Shown: positions 32,047 to 42,234, counted from the first letter of the stretch. The stretch is DNA of 64,000 bases from Phycisphaerae bacterium (GCA_963675745.2 CAXXWX010000023.1:32001-96000); one strand, 5' to 3'. Numbers and translations are program-made. The notes: a model not told the origin generated them from the sequence alone.

Positions 32047-33858
32047 TTGGATTGGGGCTGGGAAGGATGGTACACCATCGGCGTGGTGGTCCTGACCTTC
32101 ATCGGGTTGGTGCGCGGATTCCCTACCGACGCGGTTTTGCTCGGGGCGGCCATCTTGGTGGCCGTGGCCCGCATCATCTCGCCGGCCGAGATGTTCAGCG
32201 GCTTTTCCAACCAGGGCATGCTGACCGTTGCGGCACTGTTCGTCATTTCTGCGGCGATGCGCGAAACCGGGGCGCTCGATCGTCTGGGGCGCGTCATGCT
32301 GGGCCGCATACGCACGGAACGCCGGGCCCTGCTGGTGCTCGCGCCGCAGGTTGCCGCCCTGTCCGCATTTCTCAACAACACCGCCGTCGTGGCCATGCTG
32401 GTCGGGCTTGTCGGCGACTGGTGCCGCAAGAACCACGTGTCACCCTCCAAGCTGCTGATGCCGCTGTCATACCTGGCGATCCTCGGGGGTATGTGTACGC
32501 TGATCGGCACGAGCACCAATCTGCTCGTCAACGGGTTGATGGTCGGCATGACGCGCACCATGCAGGATGGTGCCGCGCGTGATGCCTTGCGCGAGTTTTC
32601 GCTGTTCGAGCTGGGCGCCGTGGGGTTACCGATTGTACTCGTCGGCGCTGCGTACCTGTGGCTCGTGGGTATGCGCCTGCTGCCGGATCGGCGCGATCTG
32701 CTCGAGCGTTTTGAAGGCTCCTTGCGCGAGTATTTGGTCAACATGCGCGTCGAGCCGGGATGCTCGCTGATCGGCCAGCAGGTTGAAGAGGCCGGCCTGC
32801 GCCGGCTGCCCGGTTTGTACCTGATCGAGATCGTGCGCGACGGCCGTGTGATCGCCCCGGTTGAGCCCGACCAGGTGCTGTTCGAGGGCGATCAGCTCAC
32901 CTTCACCGGCGCGGTCAAGACGATTGTGGATCTGGAGCGCCTGCGCGGGCTCGTGCCGGTTCAGAATGACATCGACGAAGCGCCGCCCGTGCCCCATGCC
33001 AATCGGCGTTACTGCGAAGCCGTCGTCTCCAGCACCTCCCCGCTGTTGGAGCAGACCATCCGCGACTCAAACTTCCGCGCGCGCTACAACGCCGCCGTCG
33101 TCGCCGTTCATCGCGGCGGGACGCGTCTGGCCGGCCGCGTCGGCGACATCGTCTTGCGGCCCGGCGACACGCTGCTGCTCCAGACCGGCCCGCACTTCGC
33201 CGCCGCCAACCGCAACAACCCCGGGTTCTTCCTGGTCAGCAGCATCGAAGAGGCCCGCCCCGTACGTCATAACCGGGCCACGATCGCCACGATTATGCTG
33301 GCCGCACTGGTCGCACTGATGTCGCTGCACATCCTGCCGACGGCGGTGGCGGCGTTTCTCGTCGCCGGGCTGATGGTTGGGTTTCGCTGCATTTCGGCGT
33401 CCGACGCGCGCCGGGCGGTGCCGTGGGATGTGCTGCTGACCATCGCCGCCTCGTTCGGCCTGGGCAAGGCGCTGGAGAACTCGGGGGTGGCGGCGGGAGT
33501 GGCCGGTGACATCGTCGAACTGACTCGTGCCTGGGGTCCGATCGCCGCGCTGGCGGCGGTCTATTTGTTGACCACGATCTGCACCGAGACAATCACCAAC
33601 AACGCCGCCGCCGTGCTGCTTTTCCCCTTTGCGATCGCGGCGGCCACTCAACTCGGCGTCGATCCGCGGCCGTTCGCCGTCGTTGTCGCCATCGCCGCCT
33701 CCGCCAGCTTCGCCACGCCCATCGGCTACCAGACCAACATGATGGTCTACGGCCCCGGCGGCTATCGCTTCACTGATTTCCTGCGCGTCGGCCTGCCGCT
33801 GAATCTGCTAGTCGGCATCGTCTCCGTCTGCCTGATCCCCTGGATCTGGCCGCTGTAG
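32047..33858 (+). CDS. SLC13/DASS family permease with two TrkA-C domains
   Basis: SAFLNNT, SPSKLLMPLSY, TLIGTSTNL, TETITNNA, FATPIGYQTNMMVYGPGGYRF; TTG start after GGAGG. Confidence 0.9.
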   Translation: MDWGWEGWYTIGVVVLTFIGLVRGFPTDAVLLGAAILVAVARIISPAEMFSGFSNQGMLTVAALFVISAAMRETGALDRLGRVMLGRIRTERRALLVLAPQVAALSAFLNNTAVVAMLVGLVGDWCRKNHVSPSKLLMPLSYLAILGGMCTLIGTSTNLLVNGLMVGMTRTMQDGAARDALREFSLFELGAVGLPIVLVGAAYLWLVGMRLLPDRRDLLERFEGSLREYLVNMRVEPGCSLIGQQVEEAGLRRLPGLYLIEIVRDGRVIAPVEPDQVLFEGDQLTFTGAVKTIVDLERLRGLVPVQNDIDEAPPVPHANRRYCEAVVSSTSPLLEQTIRDSNFRARYNAAVVAVHRGGTRLAGRVGDIVLRPGDTLLLQTGPHFAAANRNNPGFFLVSSIEEARPVRHNRATIATIMLAALVALMSLHILPTAVAAFLVAGLMVGFRCISASDARRAVPWDVLLTIAASFGLGKALENSGVAAGVAGDIVELTRAWGPIAALAAVYLLTTICTETITNNAAAVLLFPFAIAAATQLGVDPRPFAVVVAIAASASFATPIGYQTNMMVYGPGGYRFTDFLRVGLPLNLLVGIVSVCLIPWIWPL

Positions 33859-33862
33859 TCCC

Positions 33863-34114
33863 GCGCCGGTCCCATAGGTAGCGGCCCCATCAGTCGGTCG
33901 CTTGTGCGAACCGGTCGAGGCTTCAAATGCGGAATGAAGAATGATGAATGCAGAAACCGTAGAGGCGGCACGTTGCGAGGTTCTGCATTCTTCATTCCGC
34001 ATTCTGCATTCTCCACCGCCGTGGGCGACTAACGTTGGCTGCCCCACGGCGTTTCTGCATTCTGCATTCCGCATTCCGCATTCCGCATTCTGCATTCTGC
34101 ATTCTCCACCGCCG
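33863..34114. repeat. Composite repeat element copy 1: 92-bp unit, GAATG(C/A)(G/A) heptamer hairpin and an extra run of about 7 heptamers
   Basis: 33863-33954 is identical to 36790-36881; inverted heptamer arms at about 33926-33955 and 33981-34012; extra (TTCYGCA)n at 34053-34105. Confidence 0.9.
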
Positions 34115-34148
34115 CTTGCCATCCACCGCACCGCGGCCCACACTCCCG

Positions 34149-35721
34149 ATGATGGAAGCATCCGATACGACATTTCCCCCAACGCGCGACGCCGCGCACC
34201 AGCCGCGTCCGATCCCGCCGCGCTTCTGGTGGACGAAGCGGATCACGATCGGTATTGCCGTACTGCTGATCGCGGTCATCGGCATTCGTCTGTGGTGGGG
34301 TTGGCACGCGGAGCGCGAACTGCAACGTGCGATCGCCGAATGCCGCGCCGACGGCCAGCCCGTGCTGCTTGAGGATTTCCTCGAAGAGCCCATTCCGGAC
34401 GAGGAAAACGGCGCCCACTTCCTCTCGCTCGCCTCGGCAAAGCTCGATGCACCACACCGCGCCCTGATCGAGCACCTGAGCTCCATAGCCGGCGACGCGG
34501 CGGCTCGCGAGCAGTATCGACAGACGCTGGACCGAATCGTGTCGGACAGCGTCGAGGTGCGCGACCTGATCCGCCAGACGCGCGCCCTGGAGCGCGCTCA
34601 GTGGCCGATTGTCCGCGCCACGGCGCTCATCAACACACCGCTGCCGCACCTCAATGAGCAGCGCAGGCTTGCAAAGCTGCTCCGCCTCACGGCCGCACAC
34701 CAGCACGACATCGCCAACGACAGCGCGGCGCTCGAGTCAATTCGGGATATGTCGGCCATCGGACGCCATCTCGGCGATCGGCCCTTCTCGCTGATTGTCT
34801 ATCTGGTCGGCAGAGCCATCCGCAATATGGTTGCTCACACCATCGAGTCTATAGCCCCGACTCTGGATATCGAAGGTGTGCCGCATCCTGGCCAGGCAAG
34901 CGTTGCCACGCGCGCACAGGTTAGAGCGCTGCAGGAGGAGTTGCTCGACGAACGGTCAATCGGCGCCTCGTGGTTTCATGGCATATGCGGCGAGCGTCTC
35001 AGCCATATCGACCTCCGGCGACACATTTGGCAGGGCAAAACACTACCTAATATGTTCACGAAATCATCCAGCGCCAGAGTGTTCTCGGTCCTGTTCGGGC
35101 CGGCAGTGAAACTCGACGCCGTTAGGCTCATTCGCCGCGAAGCGGTGATCGCGCGCGCGTGCAGTTCGCCACACTACACACCGGCTGAGGTGCAGCTTGC
35201 CCCCTCTCGCGGCGCCTGACTCGATGCCGGAGGTGATCGCCCGATTCGCGAGCATTCTCGGTGATTTGAACAGCGGGCACGTCACCGGGCATTATTGCTC
35301 GCTGGCCGAGAGCCGCATGGCCGCGACGGCGCTGGCGATCCGCTTATATGAGCTTGACCACGGTCGTCGCCCCGAGCTCCTTGGCGCCCTCGTCCCGGAT
35401 TATCTCTCAGAAATCCCGCTCGATCCGTTCGATTCCCACGGCGTTGAGATTCGCTACCTTCCCGATGCCAATCCGCCGCTGCTATACAGCGTGAGCGCGG
35501 ATGGTGTGGACAGCGGCGGGGCTTTCACGTTAACCAAGCGCGGCGGCGTCGACACGCAATCGCCGGACCTGCCGTTCTTCCTCAATGGCGACCGGCCCAC
35601 GGGAGATCGGGAACGCACTTTGGCCGAACTGCGGGACGCCCTGGCCGATGACTCGGAGCTACTGAAGACTATGGTAGACGACCAGCGCCCAGAAGATCAG
35701 GATGGGGCCGCCGAAGAATAG
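34149..35721 (+). CDS. Hypothetical membrane-anchored helical protein; apparent frameshift near 35197
   Basis: N-terminal TM (ITIGIAVLLIAVIGIRLWWGW), IPDEENGA; second ORF has ALAIRLYELDHGRRPELL..LVPDYL..IPLDPF...LYSVSADGVD.GG, resembling a GspG-like C-terminus. Confidence 0.6.
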
Positions 35722-36539
35722 CAGCGCGACCAGCACCAAGCCCGCCGCGTTCCACAGCAGTGTCCGTTTCCAACGTCCCGGGTACTTGAGCGGCGGAATG
35801 CGGTACATTAGTCCGCGGTTGCATTCGCTATGAATGAAGAACAACGTCGCCGCCGCCACAATACCTATTGCGCGAAGCAAAGATGGTGTCAGCGCCACTG
35901 GCGACCAAAACGCGGTCCCCACGAGCATTAGACCCATCGGAATCGGCATGAACGCCAGCGGAGCGCAGGTGTAATAGCTCAACGCAATCGCGCGGTTCTC
36001 CTGCTCCACGCTCATCAGCGGCGAGTAGTATATACAACTGGTCATCCCAGGCACGATGGCCAACAGCACGGCCGCCGCCACGTTCATGTACGCGAACAGC
36101 CACGGCGTCTCCCAACGCTGATCGGCCAGGCGTACACATAATGGCACGCGTACCACGTCAGCGTCGCCAGCAGCACGCAGGCATAGGCGATCGCCGTCGT
36201 CGTCCAGCGGAACGACTGGCTGTCGCCCCAGTCCACCTTGCGCACCATCTCCAGGGCGAGCGTCTTCGGCCGCCGAAACACCAGCCAGACCGTCTTCCAA
36301 TACGCCCGCCAGAAGCCGACGTGCTTGCGGTGTACCCAGGGGATCAGCGACTGGCCGCCGTGCAGCTCGACAATCGACACGCCGCACTCCGGGCAGCGCT
36401 CGCTGGTCAGCCCGCGCAGGTCATAGCCGCAGTCAACGCAGAACACCCCCGCCGGCAGCGGCGCGGCTGTCGCTGTCTCGTCTGACACGACGGCGGCACC
36501 ACGGTCGGAGTCGCTCGGATTGGGTGTGCTCCCCGACAT
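35659..36539 (-). CDS. Membrane protein with CxxCGYDLRG...CPECG zinc finger; apparent frameshift near 36115
   Basis: ORF 36084-36539 carries the zinc finger and first TM; ORF 35659-36387 continues with hydrophobic helices from WETPWLF. Confidence 0.6.
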
Positions 36540-36701
36540 ACGCTGGCAATCCTCGGCCGCGCGTGGTTTCGTTCAACCAACCCGAAGCTTAACCCACCAG
36601 CCCCTGAAAGCCAAAAGGCCGAGACCGCAAGCGTAGCAACCGACGCCCCAGTCGGCCGCGAAAACCGCCGATACGACCAGCAGTCCGCGCGACCCCACAA
36701 C

Positions 36702-36959
36702 GTAACGGCCTGCGCCTCCCAGGCCGTCGATACTCAGTCGGGACATGCCGACGCAAACAGCCGTCGGCATGGCACCCGGCTGTAATCCAGCGCCGGTCCC
36801 ATAGGTAGCGGCCCCATCAGTCGGTCGCTTGTGCGAACCGGTCGAGGCTTCAAATGCGGAATGAAGAATGATGAATGCAGACCCCCCCAACGTGCCGCCT
36901 TGTCGGTTTCTGCATTCATCATTCCGCATTCTGCATTCTCCGCGCGTGCCCCACGGCGT
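36702..36959. repeat. Repeat cluster: two REP-like palindromes plus composite repeat element copy 2
   Basis: gtaacggcctgcgcc (36702; also at 42316); palindrome 36745-36781; 92-bp unit 36790-36881; heptamer arm 36908-36941; gccccacggcgt 36948-36959 shared with 34041-34052. Confidence 0.85.
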
Positions 36960-37101
36960 ACCGTAGGGGACTGACTGCGGCCTCGAACATTGTCTCAGAA
37001 GCCGCCAGAACCCGCCAAACATCTCTTGAAAACACGCCAGCGACCGATCCGCGTTTTTGGTAGGTTCCCCGGTGGCAGATTGCGCATTGTCTCTGGCTTC
37101 C

Positions 37102-37144
37102 TTGATTGTCCCCTGGTGCGTTGCTATAGTGATAATGGTTACGA
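37102..37144 (+). promoter_or_regulatory. Sigma70-type promoter with overlapping Fur/Zur-like box
   Basis: TTGATT(37102)-N17-TATAGT(37125) with an extended TG; TGATAATGGTTACGA at 37130-37144 partly matches the 7-1-7 TGATAATnATTATCA Fur-family consensus. Confidence 0.5.
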
Positions 37145-37166
37145 GTTTATTCTCCACAGTGTATCC

Positions 37167-37469
37167 ATGCGCCTGCGTTCACGACTCTATCCCTGGTTTT
37201 CCGCGTTGGCTTCGCTGGCATTTGTGCTGGGGCCGGCTACGGGAGCCGGGCGCGCGCTGCACCTGTCCTTCCACCACGACAGTCACGATGAGGAAAACTG
37301 CCCTGTCGGCGTTGCTTTCACCGTAGGCACCGCGGCCGCCGAGACGCCCGTTCCGCTCGTGATCGAGCGTTTCGAGCCGGCGGTCACACAACTGCTGCCG
37401 GCGGAGTACATTGCGCCGGCGACGACATTTGCCTACCAGCCACTTGCCCCACGACCGCCTCCAGCCTGA
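37167..37469 (+). CDS. DUF2946-like small protein / putative arrest-peptide leader
   Basis: 100 aa: hydrophobic N-terminus, HLSFHHDSHDEENCPV, Ala/Pro linker, C-terminal LAPRPPPA. Confidence 0.65.
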   Translation: MRLRSRLYPWFSALASLAFVLGPATGAGRALHLSFHHDSHDEENCPVGVAFTVGTAAAETPVPLVIERFEPAVTQLLPAEYIAPATTFAYQPLAPRPPPA

Positions 37470-37659
37470 TCTCACGCCGCACTACTGATTCGTACTACAG
37501 TCACGACCGTGTTCTACTGCGCGGCCTGCGCCGGTACATCCTCGGTGTAGTCCCGTTGTGTGGTTAACGCGCACTTTCACCGTTTACTCCTGGTAAGAGG
37601 TGGCGGTGTCGTTGCGCGCCGGGTGCACTCCCGACTTTGGAATGTCGTGAGGTTCTGTC

Positions 37660-38400
37660 ATGAGACAACGTGCCTTTACTTTGATCGAATTACTGGTAGT
37701 AGTTGCGATCATCGCTCTGTTGATTTCGATCCTGCTGCCCAGCCTGAGCCATGCGCGCAAGATAGCGCAGGCAACGGTCTGCGCCAGCAACCTGCGGCAA
37801 ATGGGACTGGCCATCCAGATGTACGCCGAGAACAACGACGGGCACCTGATCACCAAGGGCATGCCGCATGGCGGCAACGTTGACGAGCACGCCGCCTGGA
37901 TCAACACGCTGCGTCAGGACTACCAGAACGCGCTGGTCGCGCGCTGCCCGTCCGACCGCAGCAGGTACTGGAGCGAGCCCGTGCCACCGGCTGATGTATT
38001 GCGCCGGTCGAGCTTCGCCCTCAATTACTACCTCGATCCGACCATCAGTCTGCCCGGCCGTCATCATCTTTACGACCGGCAAGACTGGATCAGCAGTCCG
38101 GCCACCACACTCGTTCTGGTCGAGCTGGTCGACGATGAGAAAAAGGACCGGGCCGGCAACACGGTCAACTACGCCGCTTCCGACCACGTGCATCCCGAGA
38201 CGTGGTGGTCGTCAGGCGATCCAGAGGAGACTGCGGCGACGCAGGTGTTCCTGGATCGTCATCGTGATAAGGCGAACTACCTGTTTCTCGATGGCCACGT
38301 GGTTCCGCTGTCATTTGCGGCCACGTACGACATTGAACGTCCCCCCACTTTTCCACCGGTTTTCGTACACAACTTATACGACCCCGACATCGCCCACTAA
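37660..38400 (+). CDS. Prepilin-type N-terminal cleavage/methylation protein (DUF1559-like, H-X9-DG C-terminal motif)
   Basis: [28 protein letters not shown]...[28 protein letters not shown]. Confidence 0.9.
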   Translation: MRQRAFTLIELLVVVAIIALLISILLPSLSHARKIAQATVCASNLRQMGLAIQMYAENNDGHLITKGMPHGGNVDEHAAWINTLRQDYQNALVARCPSDRSRYWSEPVPPADVLRRSSFALNYYLDPTISLPGRHHLYDRQDWISSPATTLVLVELVDDEKKDRAGNTVNYAASDHVHPETWWSSGDPEETAATQVFLDRHRDKANYLFLDGHVVPLSFAATYDIERPPTFPPVFVHNLYDPDIAH

Positions 38401-38468
38401 GGGCGCGTGACGCGGCACCAAGGTCCGCCGATCGCCCACGGGGCGACTTGATTGACAGGATAACTGAC

Positions 38469-39074
38469 ATGAATTTCCGCAAACACGCGTTTTGTCTGGC
38501 TTCACTTACCATCGCTCTCGCAACGGCGCTGCCCGCCTTCGCACATGAGCATGAAGGCGATCTGATCGTCGGCCGCAACAGCGCCCGCGAACTGGCCATC
38601 GAATTCGACTTCGGCGATACACATGCTCTGCCGGCCGTCAGCGGGCTGCTCGAGGGCTTCGCCTCAAACGCACCCGGCTTCGACCATCTCGCGGCCGACG
38701 AACCGGCCGAGGACTTCTACATGCTCGAAACGGGTGCTGCGATCCGCTTTGAGGTGATCTCGTTTTCGCCGGCGTTCAAGGCCTGGACACCCGGCCTGGG
38801 CGCGGCCTTGCAGAACCCGGGCGACTTCTTTGACTTCCCGGACGGCCCCGCCCTCCACGCGCACCTCAACTGGCACATCGACAGCACCGACCCCGCGTTC
38901 GACATGGGCGACAGCCCCTGGACCGCGAGCTTCCAATTGGTCGACACGGGTACGACTGGCTACGACCCGTCGCCGATCTACACGATGACGTTCACACCGG
39001 AACCGAGTTCGCTGATCGCACTCGCCCTCGGCGCCGTCGCACTGCTGCGCCGCCGGGCCGCGGCACGCGCTTGA
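38469..39074 (+). CDS. His-motif PEP-CTERM surface protein
   Basis: Signal peptide ..PAFA-HEHEGD; PGFDH; LHAHLNWH; C-terminal TPEPSSLIALALGAVALLRRR. Confidence 0.85.
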   Translation: MNFRKHAFCLASLTIALATALPAFAHEHEGDLIVGRNSARELAIEFDFGDTHALPAVSGLLEGFASNAPGFDHLAADEPAEDFYMLETGAAIRFEVISFSPAFKAWTPGLGAALQNPGDFFDFPDGPALHAHLNWHIDSTDPAFDMGDSPWTASFQLVDTGTTGYDPSPIYTMTFTPEPSSLIALALGAVALLRRRAAARA

Positions 39075-39086
39075 GGAGAGTCACCC

Positions 39087-39866
39087 ATGCAGCTTCGTTA
39101 CCGATACTCGCGCCTCATGTGTGCTGTGCTCGTGGCAGCCGTTGGTGCTGGACTCGCGTCGGCTCAGCACGCCGGCGACGTCTGGGTCGGCCGCACGACG
39201 CAGGGGCGCGTCGCCATCAGCCCACAGGGCTTTCTGCCTGAGCTGAGTTACCACGGCCTTTCGCCGGTCGGCGGCGTGCTCAACGGATGGAGCGATGCCA
39301 ATCCGGGCTTTGACCATCTGACCACCGGCGATCCGAACGACGACGTCTTTCCATTCCAGTCGGGCGCGGCGATCTGGCTCGAGGTCATTACGATCGATGC
39401 GGCGTTGCGCATCATCGACGGCGGCTTCAACGTCCTCGATGAGCCCGGCGAAGATACGCTTCTCGGCGGCGCCGGCCTGCACGTACACAACACCTGGCAC
39501 ATCAACAGCGACGATCCGGCCTTTGATCCCAACCAGTGCGTGTGGCACACGACGGTCCTGCTGCGCGACGACGGCGGCACCGGCTACGACGATTCCGCAC
39601 CGCTTACCTTCAGCTTCGCCAATGTCCCCGTCCGGCCCGCCACCGAGCCCGCGGACGGCGACTTCGACGAGAGCGGCGCGGCCGGTGCCACCGACCTGCC
39701 GGCGGTCTTTGAGTGCCTCAGCGGCCCGGGCACACGCCCACAGCCGGACGATCCGGCGATCACAACGTGTGAGGTGCTCTGCCTGAACGCGTTTGACTCC
39801 GACAACGACCTCGACATCGACCTGTGCGACGTCGAGGTGTTTCAGCAGCTCTTTTCGGGAGACTAG
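39087..39866 (+). CDS. Paralog of the upstream His-motif domain with a dockerin-like tail
   Basis: ASA-QHAGDVWVGR, PGFDHL, LHVHNTWHINSDDPAFD align with the 38469 protein; tail GDFDESG..CLSGP...DSDNDLDIDLCD..FQQLF. Confidence 0.8.
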   Translation: MQLRYRYSRLMCAVLVAAVGAGLASAQHAGDVWVGRTTQGRVAISPQGFLPELSYHGLSPVGGVLNGWSDANPGFDHLTTGDPNDDVFPFQSGAAIWLEVITIDAALRIIDGGFNVLDEPGEDTLLGGAGLHVHNTWHINSDDPAFDPNQCVWHTTVLLRDDGGTGYDDSAPLTFSFANVPVRPATEPADGDFDESGAAGATDLPAVFECLSGPGTRPQPDDPAITTCEVLCLNAFDSDNDLDIDLCDVEVFQQLFSGD

Positions 39867-40086
39867 CTTGATGCACCAATCGACAAAAGCCAGAGCATCA
39901 CCGGCAACGTGACGGCCTGGGCCCCGCAGACCGCCGGTGCTCAATACCTCGGCCGGTGCGGCTCAACCACAAGATCCCCATCCCGCGCTACGCCGCGGGA
40001 TGGGGCGCCATTTCTCCCCCCAGTGCGCGCCCCCCTTTTTCGTCCGGTCGCTGTGCGTTAGCGCGGCGCCCGGTATGATAGCCGCC

Positions 40087-42234
40087 ATGATGGCACCGCG
40101 CGACAAACCCCGCTGGCTGGGCTACTTCGGCCGCTCGCTGCGCTTCCTCGGGCCGCACAAGCGCCCGCTGATCCTCGGGTTCATCGCCGCGCTGGGCGTC
40201 GGCGTGTTCTACACGGGTAGCATCTCCAGCATCATCCCCGCGCTGAAGATGCTCTTTGCCGACCATGAGACGCTTGCCGACTGGCTGCATCGCAGCGAGA
40301 CCGAGCACCGCGTCGGCATTGATCTGGCCGCCGATGTCCCCGACGACCCCCGCGGCTTGCGCATCGTCGGCGTGCATCCCCAATCGCCCAACGCGCACAA
40401 TCTCACCGCCGGCGACTATATCGTCGCCGTGGACTATCAGCGCGGCGACTCGTTCCGCATCGCCGAGTTGCTCTCCCAGCGGCCCGGACAGACGGAAACC
40501 GTCAGCATCGTCGTCGCCGACGGCACCGAGCGCGACGTGGCCCTGAAGCTGACGCCCTACCGCCCGTGGTGGGGGCTGTTTCGTGACACGGCGGCGCGGC
40601 TGCCGCAAGGCCGCACGCCCGGCGACCGCTTCACAACGCTGGCGATCGTGCTGGCGGTGATCGTGGCCGTTTCGACACTGGGCAGTCTGTGCCGTTTCGC
40701 CAACGAGGCGCTCGTGGCCATCGCGGTCCAGCGCACCATGCACGACCTGCGCTGCACGCTCGCCAGACGCGTGCTCAACCTGCCCGTGCCGTGGCACAGC
40801 GCCCGGCCGATCGGAGACACGCTGGGACGCTTCGCCAACGACCTCAACCGCGTCGAAGTCGGCGTGACCACGCTGTTCGGCAAGACAATTCGCGAGCCGA
40901 TCAAGGCCGTCGGCGTCCTCACGCTGACCATCCTCATCGACTGGCGCATCCTGGTGATCGCGCTGGTCGGCCTACCGATCGCCGCCCTGCTCATCCGGCT
41001 GTTCGGCGGATATGTGCGGCGCGCCCAGAAGCAGGCATCGCGCGCCTGGGGCGTGCTGTTGGACCATCTCGACGAGCGCCTGGCCGGTATCCGCATTGTC
41101 AAGGCCTACAACATGCAGCGCGCCGAGACTCAGCGTTTCGAGCACGAAGGCCGCGCCCTGACCAAGGCACAGACCAACATCGAGGTCGCCGACGCCGCCA
41201 CCAAACCGTCACTTGAAACGCTCGCGATCCTGGCGATCGCCGGCTTCATTCTCTACGGCGGCAGCCGCGTGTTTCACAATCAGCTTGAGCCGCATATGTT
41301 CTTCGGCGCGGTGGTGTGCCTGGCGGGCATGTTCGATCCCGTGCGCAAGCTGGGTAACGTCAACAACCGCGTACATGCCGCCGACGCGGCGGCCGCACGT
41401 GTTTTCGAAGTCATCGACACCAAACCGGAAGAGATACGCGACGACAACGGCTCACGCCCCGCGCCGCCAGCTTTCGAGCACGCGATCGAGTTTCGCAACG
41501 TCTCGTTCGCCTATCCCGGCAATCGCGGCAACATGGTACTGAGTAACGTGAGCCTCGAGGTCGGCCATGGGCAGGTGGTGGCGATTGTCGGCCCCAACGG
41601 CTCTGGCAAGACCACGCTGGTGTCGTTGCTGCTGCGGTTCTTTGAACCGCTGTCCGGCGAGATTCTGATCGACGGCCGAAACATCGCCGAACTCTCGCTG
41701 CACGGGCTGCGCGCTCTGATGGGTCTGGTGACTCAGGAAGCGATCATCTTCTCGAGCACGGTGCGCGAGAACATCGCCTACGGCGCCGGGGACGTGCCGG
41801 AAGACGCCATCCGCCGGGCCGCCCGACTGGCACATCTCGACGAGTTTCTGGATGATCTCGCGCGCGAACGCGATGGTGAGGTCGGCCGCGGGCTCGACGC
41901 CGCCATCAGCGCCAAGCAGCTTTCCGGCGGTCAGCGCCAGCGGATCGCGATCGCGCGCGCCATTCTGCGTGACCCGCCGATCCTGGTGCTTGATGAAGCC
42001 ACCAGTCAGGTTGACAGTGAATCAGAGCGGAAGATCCAGGAAGCCCTCGACGACGTCACGCGCGGGCGCACGACCTTCATCATCGCGCACCGCTTCAGCA
42101 CGATCGCGCGGGCCGACCGTGTGGTTGTGCTGAATGAGGGTAAGATCGTGGGTGTCGGCCGCCATGACGAGCTGACCGACGCCTGCCCGGTCTACGACGC
42201 GCTGTGCCAAACACAATTCGCCAGCCAGCCGTAA
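40087..42234 (+). CDS. MsbA-like ABC exporter (TMD-NBD fusion) with an inserted PDZ-like domain
   Basis: GPNGSGKTT, LVTQE, LSGGQRQR, LVLDEATS, IAHR; GLRIVGVHPQSP...LTAGDYIVAVD between TM1 and TM2. Confidence 0.88.
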   Translation: MMAPRDKPRWLGYFGRSLRFLGPHKRPLILGFIAALGVGVFYTGSISSIIPALKMLFADHETLADWLHRSETEHRVGIDLAADVPDDPRGLRIVGVHPQSPNAHNLTAGDYIVAVDYQRGDSFRIAELLSQRPGQTETVSIVVADGTERDVALKLTPYRPWWGLFRDTAARLPQGRTPGDRFTTLAIVLAVIVAVSTLGSLCRFANEALVAIAVQRTMHDLRCTLARRVLNLPVPWHSARPIGDTLGRFANDLNRVEVGVTTLFGKTIREPIKAVGVLTLTILIDWRILVIALVGLPIAALLIRLFGGYVRRAQKQASRAWGVLLDHLDERLAGIRIVKAYNMQRAETQRFEHEGRALTKAQTNIEVADAATKPSLETLAILAIAGFILYGGSRVFHNQLEPHMFFGAVVCLAGMFDPVRKLGNVNNRVHAADAAAARVFEVIDTKPEEIRDDNGSRPAPPAFEHAIEFRNVSFAYPGNRGNMVLSNVSLEVGHGQVVAIVGPNGSGKTTLVSLLLRFFEPLSGEILIDGRNIAELSLHGLRALMGLVTQEAIIFSSTVRENIAYGAGDVPEDAIRRAARLAHLDEFLDDLARERDGEVGRGLDAAISAKQLSGGQRQRIAIARAILRDPPILVLDEATSQVDSESERKIQEALDDVTRGRTTFIIAHRFSTIARADRVVVLNEGKIVGVGRHDELTDACPVYDALCQTQFASQP

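Noticed and set aside
33762..37157. ORFs with MQNAECGMRNAE or SAFRIPHSAFCI repeats
   Set aside because: Shadow translations of the heptamer repeats; the likely start of the real gene is 34149.
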